Below, in pieces: positions 9,219-21,200 of a DNA stretch of 64,000 nucleotides. Numbering within the stretch: position 1 is the stretch's first letter; each line of letters starts with the position of its first letter. This DNA is from Phoronis australis (taxonomy: Eukaryota; Animalia; Phoronida), in NCBI GenBank assembly GCA_002633005.1, contig NMRA01000592.1, positions 134,855 to 198,854 on the forward strand, read 5' to 3'. The position numbers and the translations under genes are program-made. Under the pieces are notes generated by a model. That model made no database searches and had not been told where the DNA came from. It saw nothing but the letters and a program-made list of their open reading frames with translations.

Positions 9219-12200
9219 CTGAAAAAAAATGGAATTGTATTAACTGAATTTCACTAACCTTTCGAATTGTCTGCAATTAGTATAAAGCACTGGCGCATTA
9301 GTGATTCCCACCATAACCTCTTAAAATAAAGAACTCTGTACGTATTTCGAAAAACAAATGATACATACCCGTTGTTGGCGACAAACATGGCTTGACACAA
9401 AGTAGGCTTCGAGATTTCTGTCTCCTTGCTCCGCGAAATGCTCAAACCATCTGTGGCTTGTGAATTCTAAATCAATGAAATAATTTTACATTCTTTTACA
9501 AATAGGAAATGTGAACCAGATATGGAGAGTGTTGGAGTACACTAGTACATGTACAGCCCAAGTATGCGGGGTGTTTTGTAGCATAACTCACCAATGAATC
9601 TGTCATGTTTTGTCCTGTAGATAAGAAATTGCACAGTAATTCATCGTCTTCAGAGCTGATACTTGGAGATGTATGCAGTAATTCTTCTCTGAAAGCAAGC
9701 CACAAACTTAAATATGGCACTGTACTAAATGATAAACTTCATTGTGTTTCTAGCATACACAAGACAGGAAGCAAAATTCTTCGTGTGTACGCAGTGAAGA
9801 CCTGTAGTACATGTACCTAAAGAAATTTATGGCCAACATTGGGGCGACCTGGTTCCTGAGATCACAATAACATCACTTTCCATCGACAACTGAACGCAGT
9901 GGGAGATAGACTAGATGAGCCGGAGCTGATTATACCGGTTTACTTTTATCATCGATGGTTTTGGATAAACAAAGAATTCCATTTCAATAATGTGTATATT
10001 TAAAACTGTTCAAAAGTGGATTTTGAATTAAATTAAAATGAAACAGAAGTTTCAGCTGTACGTAGTGGAAATACCTTCGCTTGGCGGGTAAGTTTCGTTG
10101 ATGGTTTTCTTCTGGATTGTCCTTGAACAAGTCGCCAGCAGGAATGCTCCGACAGGCAGTTTTCTTTGAGCATTTGAAGACTCGTTCGTTGTTTCCACCA
10201 CCGCCAATTTGTGCAAACCTATCAGCCACGGGTACATCAACAGGGGTGGTATTTACTTCTGTGTGATACCCCGGCATGTTATCTATTCCCTCAGTCTCCT
10301 CAAGAAACCGTCCACCATTAAAAGTCTGTGGAAATGGGCGCTTTGAAACCACTTTGTCCTCGTTACCGATGTCAAAACTTTCCGAAGAAGGACAATTACC
10401 TTCAAAAGATGCGTTTTGAAACTTGAACCTTTGATGTGGCTTACAACTTAAAATATCCCCTTGAGAGCAACATTGGTAATTGCTCACAAGAGATGGCGAG
10501 GCTCTCTGAAAATCTTCCACGACGTAAACGTCCTCGGTGTTCATCGATGCCCGGGAATCTGGTTAATAAAAATAATAAATGACAATATTCGCAATCCTCC
10601 TCTTGTTTTACTCTGCAACATAGCTCGTGGCGTACCCCGGGCAAAATAGATTACGATAAATTAAATTTAACTTGTTAAATGCATTTATCGTCATTATTTT
10701 GACACTTGTCTCCTTTTTTGATACTAGTCCTTAGGGTTTATTTTGCATTACTCATCTCTATTTATAGCCTCTAGGGCCTACTTTTGTATTCATACGTTTC
10801 TCTACGCGACTCCTGATTGGTCGCCCATATTTCCTTTGTTCTGTTCAACGTGGTCTCTCATTCAGCCACCTACCTCGTCATCTACAAGACCTACGTTCGT
10901 TCTCTTCATTTTTTCCCCACCCCCCATCCCGGGTGTCGGTTCCACTTTCTCTTTGCTCGTATATATTTCCTGTTAGTTTTTTTTTTTCTTTCAAGTTTTG
11001 TTTTCATGTTCTGTACTTTTCCTTTAAGCCCTTCAGGCAGTTTTCTTGTTTTGTTCCCTNGTGGCAGCGATCGTGATGAACGTTCCCGGTTAGAATAAGA
11101 AACAATAAATCTACTACTGGACTTACGGTATGTAGAGATGGCTACGTTGCGTCCTCCTCTCGAGGACTTCATCAGGCTACTTACCTAGGACATGGGATAG
11201 GGCGCTGAAGAGAATCCCGCGGAAACTGCACGACGGATCACATGACAAGTCACGTGACAACTCAGTGGCCTGATGAAGTCCTCGACAGGAGGGCGCAACG
11301 TAGCCATCTCTACATACCGTAAGTCCAGTAGTAGATTTATTGTTTCTTATACTGACCCAACTGGATGACTGAAAACATTCATCGTTCCCGGTTAGATACA
11401 GGGACGAGGCTTGCTTCAGCAAATCACTCTTATGTTCGAGACAAGACCAAAACCATGCGTCGCAAGCTCGTTTCCAGAGATGAAAAGGATACCAGAGGTT
11501 GGCGTAAAGGTCATTTATGATGACTAGACTGCGGGTAGAAAACAATGTGACAGAATGATAAATAGTAGCAAAATAGTATTATCTCTGGAAAGATGGGCAA
11601 TAGCAAATCGCTACAAGAGATTCTTTTTTGCCGATAACGTTACTTGAAAGTTATGTTATAGACAAGTCTGCGAATTAAGTCAAACATATACAAAATCAGT
11701 AAAAGAGTACTTTTTCTGAAAAGACTCTGGAATTTGAATTTTGACTTTTTACCAACCTGGCATGAATTCGGTCACGTGACCATGTCTTTGCAGTAAAATC
11801 TTGCAAAAACAGAAGGTACAATGATAACAAAACAATTTGATGTAAGTGTTCAACTAGGTGAGATCTCAAAAACGCTGTTATAGATTTCTAAAATATCATT
11901 TTGCTTTAGCCTTACGCAATTCAACCTTTTGTCTGAAAATCATAACGGTCCTATTTTTGATAGCCCCTCATGCCAAAGTGGGGCATTTTAAAAACAATTC
12001 CTAACAGCGTTTTAGAGACCACTGCATAAACCATAGTTCCGTGTAAATACCATCAGCCATTTCCGAGATGTGATGTTCCGAAGTTCGCCAGCAGATTTGG
12101 ATATTTTTAGGATATATTCTGCAATGATCTTTACATCATCAATAATAAATTACCTTCAGTCGTTTGAGTGCTGGACTTTGCGGAATGGAATTGCGTTTGC

Positions 12201-15200
12201 ATCTCATTGTATTTATATGAGACCTTGTGGATGAAGTGGAACAGCTGGTGGAATCGGAATTGCTTGAAGAATGTTTCACCTTTGTGAGAGGAATGCCAAA
12301 TTTACAACAGTCATGAGCACAGCCTTGTTTGTTGGTGCATTTGTGACCACATGGTCTACAGTTGGGTAAAACCATACCTACAATTGATATCCATTAAATT
12401 TGAACACTCTGAGGATGTTTAAGAACATGGATGATAAATCAGTGCAATTTCCCTCTGCAGTTAAATATGTCTTCCGCCTTGTTTGGAGACCCAGCCTGTA
12501 GATCAGAAGTAGTAAATTTAATTCTTTGCTTAGCGAAATTTCATTTATATAGACAAAGACTACAAAAGACTAAGCCCAATTTTCAGTCATTTTTACGTGA
12601 GGTATGTGATTACTACAACCTGGAAAAAATTATTTACAATGATAAATTGGATCTTGAGAGATTCCAGGCAAGGTGGTCTTTTTTGCCTAACTAGTTTTTA
12701 TAGGGTCCGATAATGTTCGTAATTTGTTTGATGTACACTAAACTAGATGTCATATTGTCGCACAACTATGTACTGGTTGATTGAGTTAATAAATGTCTAC
12801 AAAAAAGAAAAAACAAGAAAACAATGATTCACGAGAAAAGAAATGTGGGAAAATTGTACAATGTATTATGTTTGTGAGAACTGACTAGTTTACGAGAACA
12901 GCTAAGCTAAGTTCGCCCGAAATCGTGTACATAACATTAAAGAGGCATGGAACTCGAAAGCTCGTCAAAATATATTTTAAACAATTCCTGACCAAATTAA
13001 CATCTCGCAACGTCTAATACAGTGTAATTCACTTTTCCCTGTGAGGAAATTTTTAGAAAAAATCACACGATCAACGATTTTCGAAATACCTGCCAAGGAA
13101 AAACTGCAGTTATCACAGAGTTTCTAATCTCCCTCCCACTTACGATAAATGCGCGCATGCGCTCACACTCAGTTGCTTGAAGTCGCTGGAGGACAAAGGT
13201 CACATTTTCCATATTAGGAAAATGTGCTACGTCTAAGTCTTGCCATATCAAATAAGGAGATGTGCTTGGTCTTGTGGGAGAAAAGTCGACGAAGTGACAG
13301 ATCGTTTTTTTTGAAAATTGAAACTAAAAGAAAATGCTTTGATATCAACAGAAATTAAAAGTCTTTACGACCAAACTCTAAAAATACCTGGAGAGCAGAT
13401 TGAATTCTGTTTCAGTGGCAGAAAACCACTTTCGTGCAATTTAGTCTGTTTATTGCGTTCCAGGCCTCTATAAGGTAGAGATCTGCGAAACACTTTGGCG
13501 TATCAGTGAAACAAAAAGTCCGAGTAAACGAGACAAAAGTTCACTGAAATCCACGGGAAGTCGACGGGGATGCAGAATTCGTGGGCCTGAACCAAGTGGC
13601 CCCGTTTTTTTAGCCTTTGTTGGTTTCTTTCAGTAAAAGGTCCGCATGCCAAAAAATTCGAGCTCCCCCTATATTTTAGGTTGGGTGCGCGCATGCTATC
13701 ACATACTTGTCTCGAGTTTGTAGGCCTACAGAAAATGTCGAAATAAACTCAGAGATGAGTTCGTAGACATCAGCTAGTAAACCAAGCTCCATTTTAGGTT
13801 GCTGGACCAGAGTAAAGCGAACACGGACGGGTAAAATTCAAATTAAATTATATTTCAGGCATACATTGCAAACGAATCTCTACAAAAAATCACCAAAGTC
13901 GAGTGTCATTGTTTAACACTTATTGCTGACAATTTTTAAAAACAGTGCTCTCCAGAAAGTCTTTATTGCCTGTGACCTCAACTTTTCTGCCGAACAAATG
14001 TGTACTTGTTCGTTCATCGCCCCTCGCAGCGGCCACCGTTCACCCCCAACCGGCCTTAAAGTAGGGCTACAGCTTGCAATGTGACTGGTGGTGTTGGCCA
14101 ATTTGTTCCGTCACAACAACGAGGGAGACCTACACTGGGACTGGGTGAAAAAGAAAATAGAAAGAAAAGTACGTTGTGATGATTCAATCACAGATCCCGG
14201 GTCGAAAACTACGGGATTCACGGCTATGTGGGAGACTAACGTGAAAGGCGAACAGCGAACTTGCCAAGGTTTTGTTGGATCGGTAAGTTCACCTATTAAA
14301 AGCAGTGCACAAAGAATCCAATCGATCATCTCGTTCCAAGCCTCCTTTTAGCCTTGTTCCAGCATTTCACGAGTAGGACCTCACCCATTCCCGGTCGGTG
14401 CTTGTTTATTATGTTCGCTGGATTCTGGGAAATGTGGATCACGTGGCACCATTTTTACTGATATTAGTGGCCGTAAGATCGCACATTTGTTGTTTAATTT
14501 CTCGATAGAAAACGATCAAAACTTTGTAAAAACTCCATAATCTTGTCTAATTTCAATTTCGAACACCTCGGATTCAGCAGCTCATTGTAGTCTCAGCAGA
14601 TTTATGAGAAACTTGAAAAACAAATAAACGACATTGGTATACATGATAAAATTGTTGACAAGTGAACAATCCAATTCAAAACTTAAAAAGTTTTGAATTG
14701 TAAACGTTTTAATGTGTAAACATGTGAGCGAGGATAGTTTAATTAAAATCACTAACTGGCGACAGCCTGTTCTTCAGAGACGTCACTCAACGACTGCAAA
14801 TTTCCTTGCTCCACGTGGAAATCCTAACGACGATAAAATGATGGTGAACTCAGACAAGCTTCATGCAATAAGGAACATCTTTTTAACATAGTCAATGCAT
14901 CAAGAAAGCATTGCCATTACAGTGGCGGATCCAGGACACCATAAGGGGGGGGCCAACATGTTGTCTCGGGGAATCGGGCAAAGCGCGATTGTATGTGCAG
15001 CGCAGGCCCGAAGTTGCGGGAGCCGGGTCTGTGGACCATCTGTTCGGAAAATCTACCGATGGAATAAAAAAAAAACGGGAACGCCGCAATCTAGGGCACC
15101 CTCTTCTCAGCGTACTGGTTGCTCACTCAATATTTCCTCGCGCTTCACGCTGTTGCTGTTCCATTTTTGCTTAAGGCAGCCAGGGGGGGCCGGACCCCCT

Positions 15201-18200
15201 GCTCCCCCCCCTAAATCCGCCTATGCATTAATAGTACAACCTCCTGTGCTTGCACCATGCAATAATTTTCAATGTGCTTTGAAACAAAATGGGCTTGTGT
15301 TAACTGCTTAGTCTTATCGAAAGAGCAGATAGACGCGGAAGGTAAAAATGTGCAACAAAATTTACTCACATTCGTGCGTCACTGACGAATCCGTAAAACT
15401 GCAAATCGCAAAGCTTCTGTAGCATCATTTAACGCGAGAAAATGTATAATGCGGAAACTTAAAATTTAAGGCGTAACTTTCAAGACGCCGTTTATGAAAA
15501 TAATATTCAAGGTGGTTATTAATGCGTATCGTTTTTTCCAAACCCGTGCATCATTGCTGCATGGATAAACCGGCAAACTAAAACGGTTATTGCTGATACG
15601 TCAAAAATATGTTCATACGGCAGAAAGACGCAAACTGTGAAAACATGTTTTGGACGCATTGAAACACTTTTCCAGATCCGCGTAATATTTCTATGGTGGT
15701 AGCGCTGCGACCAAATTAGATACAGTCTTCCTAAATCCCTTTGAGGTGGTGATGTGGTGGTATAAAGAACAAAATCGGTACCCTGGGTGGTAAAATTATT
15801 TCTAAAATGTATTGCTAACCTCTAGCCTATTTACCTTAGCACGACGTTTCGGTCGGTTATTTCCCAGCGTTCTTGTGGAACGAGCACGGGTGTATATGGT
15901 ACACAAACATGGTAGTCAATATTGCGCAGTTCATACAAAATTCCAAGAGCACTGTTCCTAATTGTAGAGTAAGAGACAGCGCTGGCCGGTATCACGGATG
16001 TATGACTGGTCGGGGTGGCATCAACGAAACCAATCACCCAATCTTTTGAATCATGGCACAGTAATTAATATTCAGCGAGCTGTTTATCTCCATTAACCTG
16101 ATTCGCTACCAACATAATTATTTTCACCATTGTTCCGGCGAACAAATCGTATCAGAATCGTGTTGATGCTGGGTTGTAAGTTACTTTTCACGGCCGCTAG
16201 AGCAAACTGTCACCTAGGTCGAGATCCATAACTCTCAATACATAGTCAATGCATCAAGAAAGCATTGCCATTACATAACTCTCAATAGGTCCTCGCTCGA
16301 AAAGCGAATATCGCGAGACTCCTCGAAATATCGCCAGGTATTTTCAATGAGAGCACGTGATTTTGGCGAGACTTTTTATCTGCGGGTTAAGACGACACAG
16401 TGACAAGGGCCAGAAAATTCCTTACGTATAAGACGAAGCGTTCAACACATGTTATACGTCGTCTTTAGTTTGACTGACTTTAATTTCATTTCGGCACTTC
16501 AACCGATTTGAAGACAGGCATGAGAATTTTTAATGTGGCTCATTTCATTTTGCTTCGTTTCGTGGTATAGTAAGGTATGAAAAATCGAGAGTCACAATTT
16601 TTATGTCAGAAACAGGAGGAAGTACAAGGCATCAGAAGAAGTCATAAGTTTTGTAGCACATGCATTTTGCACGATATTATGTCTCAGTAAGACTTTACAG
16701 AACTTTAGCTTAACTTGAATGCTCTTTGTAAGCACTGAAGAAATAATATACAAAATAACATTAATCCGATGAGCTACATCAGACATATGGATACCAATGC
16801 CAACACTAAATAGTAAATATTAACCTTGTAGTCCTGGCTTATTCCTTTGGCTGTAATGTGCTTTGCACCCAAGTAAAATGGCGAGTATGTACTCTGTACG
16901 TCAATACCAACTACAATAAAAATTTTGGTTTTCTTATTTCTCATGCCACGGGCTGAATTCAGGTAATACATATGAAGGAACCATGTGATATGTGGTTATT
17001 GGTCATTTTGAACACATTGCCCAAGTGTATAACCTGGAAGAGATTTCTTTCACACAATAACAGAATTTTTATCAAGAACTTGTCCCAGGCTGACCAACTG
17101 TCACCTAGGAACCAGTAACTTACTGGTTCCTAGCTGTCACACACTTGGCTCGCGATGAATCCATTTTAAGGATATGTGGTAATGAAGTTTGGCAAACTAT
17201 AATGAATATCTTTACAGCACTTTATTACATCACATTCGACTCAAGAATGCTGAAGTGTGGAAATGCGCCCGCGACTGTGCTGCAAATGGTTTGCTTCCAA
17301 AGGCCCTTTCATACTAACATCGACAAGTAGATCGAAGTGAAGACCGCTAGTCAAGATCGTGGTAAATACGTGAATTAAACAGCGAAGCGTTCACGAAGGC
17401 AAGTCGGAAATGCCCTCCTAAACACGAACACGCACGCCATGAATCGAGAATTTTGGAGAATACAGAGGCAGACGGCAAAGGACACCAAACGAACAGAAAG
17501 GCCATTAGCGGTTACAAGGTAGTTTAAATTCATCTGTAACAGGACATGCACTGTTGTCTGAGTTATAGCAACTTATCTGTCATAAAGGAACTTGGCAAGT
17601 ATCAAGGCAAATCCAGTGAACAAAAACAAAATTGCCACAAGGTGACTCTGTAGTGGTTGGGTTTGTCCCAAAATCCTCATCAGTTGTACTCTCCTCAATA
17701 GAAACACATGCCAAATTTCAAGACTACCCATCAAAGAGCTTGTATTGAGACACAGGCAAAAACAACAAAATTTACACAAGAGCTAGGGCGCCACAGCAAT
17801 CAGACCCATTTACAAAACATCGTCAGCCATGAATTTCCCAGTAGGAACACAAGATATCCCAATCCTTAGCTGAGAGTGGTTTGGCAGATTGAGGCAAACG
17901 CCGAAAAACACACTTAAAGGCTAATGCCACCCGATTTAATTAGTCTTTTTTACCGTCTTAATCGGTCTGGGGCCACATCGGCTCGTACACGGTCGACCTT
18001 ACCTTGCCGAGAGGTGTCGCGTTAGCCTGTGAGGAAGGTGAGAAAGTCCGCAGCGACGTCAGTGGTTCGTATGCAGAGTGAATTCCGCCATGGTGTGGTG
18101 TGTCGTTCNNNNNNNNNNNNNNNNNNNNNNNNNNNNNNNNNNNNNNNNNNNNNNNNNNNNNNNNNNNNNNNNNNNNNNNNNNNNNNNNNNNNNNNNNNNN

Positions 18201-21200
18201 NNNNNNNNNNNNNNNNNNNNNNNNNNNNNNNNNNNNNNNNNNNNNNNNNNNNNNNNNNNNNNNNNNNNNNNNNNNNNNNNNNNNNNNNNNNNNNNNNNNN
18301 NNNNNNNNNNNNNNNNNNNNNNNNNNNNNNNNNNNNNNNNNNNNNNNNNNNNNNNNNNNNNNNNNNNNNNNNNNNNNNNNNNNNNNNNNNNNNNNNNNNN
18401 NNNNNNNNNNNNNNNNNNNNNNNNNNNNNNNNNNNNNNNNNNNNNNNNNNNNNNNNNNNNNNNNNNNNNNNNNNNNNNNNNNNNNNNNNNNNNNNNNNNN
18501 NNNNNNNNNNNNNNNNNNNNNNNNNNNNNNNNNGTGAGAACTTCGAAATTACGAAGGAAACGCAAAAAATAAAAGTGCCAATGGGGAGCACAACGGTAGT
18601 AAAATCCGTCCGAAAGTGGTCATCATCTGTTGTCCCTTTTTTAGGTTTAAATTATGGAAGAGATAATATAAAGATGATCAGTTGAATCTTATCCAAAAAT
18701 GTAGAGGTGTCATCGTCTCTTAATTAATAGAAACCTATTTGCCAAACGAGCTCAGCAATGGTCGGAACCGTCTGAAAGCTCTTATTACACGCATAGAAAT
18801 ACACGGCAATTGTATGGCACATAATGCGTGGAATCCACCTGAAGACGAGAAAGACACTTATTTGCCAAATTTCACGAAAATTCGTCAAGACTGAAATTAC
18901 CACTATGGGGTACACCGTCAGTGGGATCCGTATGAAAATTTGCTGTTGTGCAGGATAATAGAAACTTTAAAGTCCAACTGGATAGGGATAGGTTTAGTCA
19001 CAGCCAGCGCCTGAAGAGGCTATATTGAAAGAAATTTATAGAAGGTTCCCTCCAAAAACTCACCCAAACGCTTTTTATAGTTTAAAACCATGCCACCCAG
19101 TGCGATTTGGACTCCAATCTTAACTCACCTGAGCCTAGTTAGTAACACACTCACCCACGCATGCACCCACAAATGGGCCCCCAAATGGCAAAGTGGGCAA
19201 AAAGATCGACCCCCAAGAGACAAAAAGTCCGAGAAACGCCAATTTCACAGAGGTGCTCAGTCTTTTTTTTAGTCCACCCTGCTCTTTTGTTAGCAAATGG
19301 TCCACAACGTGGGGAATTCGAGCCCCCCCCCCATAAGGCTGGGTGCGTACATGTTAAGTGCTGGTTGGGCAGGGGGGGGGGTTAAAAGTCAACAGGGAAA
19401 CTTATGCAAGGGAGCATTGACAACGCAACAAATTGGGACTCATTTTCAACAAACACCTGTGCTGCAGGATGATTTTAATGTTCAGTTCAAACATAAGTAG
19501 GTCTAACAAATATAGTAGTTTGTTTCAGTATGTTAACATGTAGTTTATTTTTCCCTCCATACAGACTGAACAGCAGTACTTTTTGCTGAATGCACCCGAG
19601 ACTTTTACCAGAAGAATTAAGTCTTTGGAGAGAAAAATATTATATTTTTTGAGATATCTTGTTTCTACAGTAGAGAGAAATTGAACTTTCAGGAAGTGTC
19701 ATAGGTGTTAACTTGCCACAAAACTAGGACCCATGTTTCATATAATTGAATACTAAAAGGCACAAATAAATTTTTAAGCACACTTATGAAAGATAGAAAT
19801 TTGCATATTAAGTATGCAAGTTTCTACTTTCCATAAGTGTGCCCTTAAGACAATTAAGAGAACAAAAATAAAGCTGGTGTTATCCAGTTTCTTCTATAAA
19901 GCTTCACCCCAGCTGTCACTTATGAGATTGATACTCAGAACTTCGCCTCTTGTTGCCCGCCAGATTTCTAACCTCTTGGACCATTTTCTTGAACCGATCA
20001 GCACAGAGTCACTGCACAAAAACAATGCAATTATGATTGTAACAATGTAATTATGATTGCACACAATGACTTAACCTGCCTGAAACTTGAAGCTGCACTT
20101 TTTCCTGTTTAGCTGGCTAAAAGCGAAAATCGAATTTGGCCTTTTACTCACATACATTGGTCGCATAATTCTTCTTGTCATTGATAGGATGCCATTACGC
20201 ACAGTGCGGACCACTCAAAATTACACTGTATTCTTTGGGGACGTTAACTTCACACAGACAAAATAAGTCACCCTGTTGCATTGCTTAGGCTGGTTGGAAC
20301 ATATCAGCGGTTACAATGCTCTTTTGTTCTGTTGTAAGTAACAGATTTTGCCATTCAAACAATAAAAAGTTCAATTTTCAATGATGACTTCAGTTTTTAT
20401 AGTCTGCAGTGTCACAAAACATACTTTCATGAACAGGCTGCAATAATCACCAACATCCATCTCTGTTCCTAATCCTCAAACAGTAGAAGTCAGCTGCAAA
20501 AGTACTGGCCCCCTGCTAAGTGCTTATCAAAAACCCAACCAGTAAGCATTCAGTTGCCAGTTGGTAAATAAAGTGCAATGTCGTGCATAATGCAACTAAA
20601 CTATAATATGGACTCAAGACTTTATTGGGACAAGGCAACCATGAAATCGAGAATTCGAAAATGGTCCAAGCAGGCATTTCCTGTGACCAGAGATGTAGGC
20701 TGACATTCAGCAACAACTCAAGATTGGTCGACAGTGATGATTTTTTTAAACCTTAAAACGCTTCTGCTAAGAATTGAACATCAACAGCTAAACAATGGCA
20801 AAATGCATGTTTAAAGTTGCTGGGTTCAAGTTTCAATTCAAATTAAATATAAATTTCTTTGTATGTTATGCATTTAAATGAATCAAGACCTTTGTCCCTG
20901 GTATACAAATTTCCCAATGCCACGTGTCCTTGCTAATCTCTAACAATAATGGATGAAAATTCCATCAGTGTCCCCAGGCAGAACTTGAGTCTGAAACACT
21001 GCCAATCAAATGCCAATAAGCTCAAAGGGGTTTGTTGAAACACCAAAAAACTTTGAGAAAACTCACAAAACCTTACCTAGCGCAATTCCGAATAATTCAA
21101 AACTACTAAAAAATTGCAAAAAACAAGGATTCAGCAGCTCTAATGTTGGAACAGTTTAAAAGGTGTACCAATTGTGCCTTTTTTTGATTTTCAAAGGCTT

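Larger units (their letters stand above)
11095..11382. mobile_element. Penelope-like retroelement remnant with an inverted partial terminal repeat
   Basis: 14-bp direct repeat cgttcccggttaga at 11081-11094 and 11383-11396. Inverted 83-bp arms 11095-11177 and 11268-11350, each with a hammerhead-like motif. The 3' tail ctggatgactgaaaacattcat resembles PLE termini as I recall them. Confidence 0.7.

Noticed and set aside
11200-11232. CTGAAGA...GAAAC in the hairpin loop as a third hammerhead
   Set aside because: No credible stem II and no cleavage triplet followed by stem I.
14895-15311. 138-aa + strand ORF
   Set aside because: Lies across a GC-rich MITE, with no protein-like features.
18022-18685. 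Long ORFs spanning the second gap
   Set aside because: Artefacts of translating N runs.
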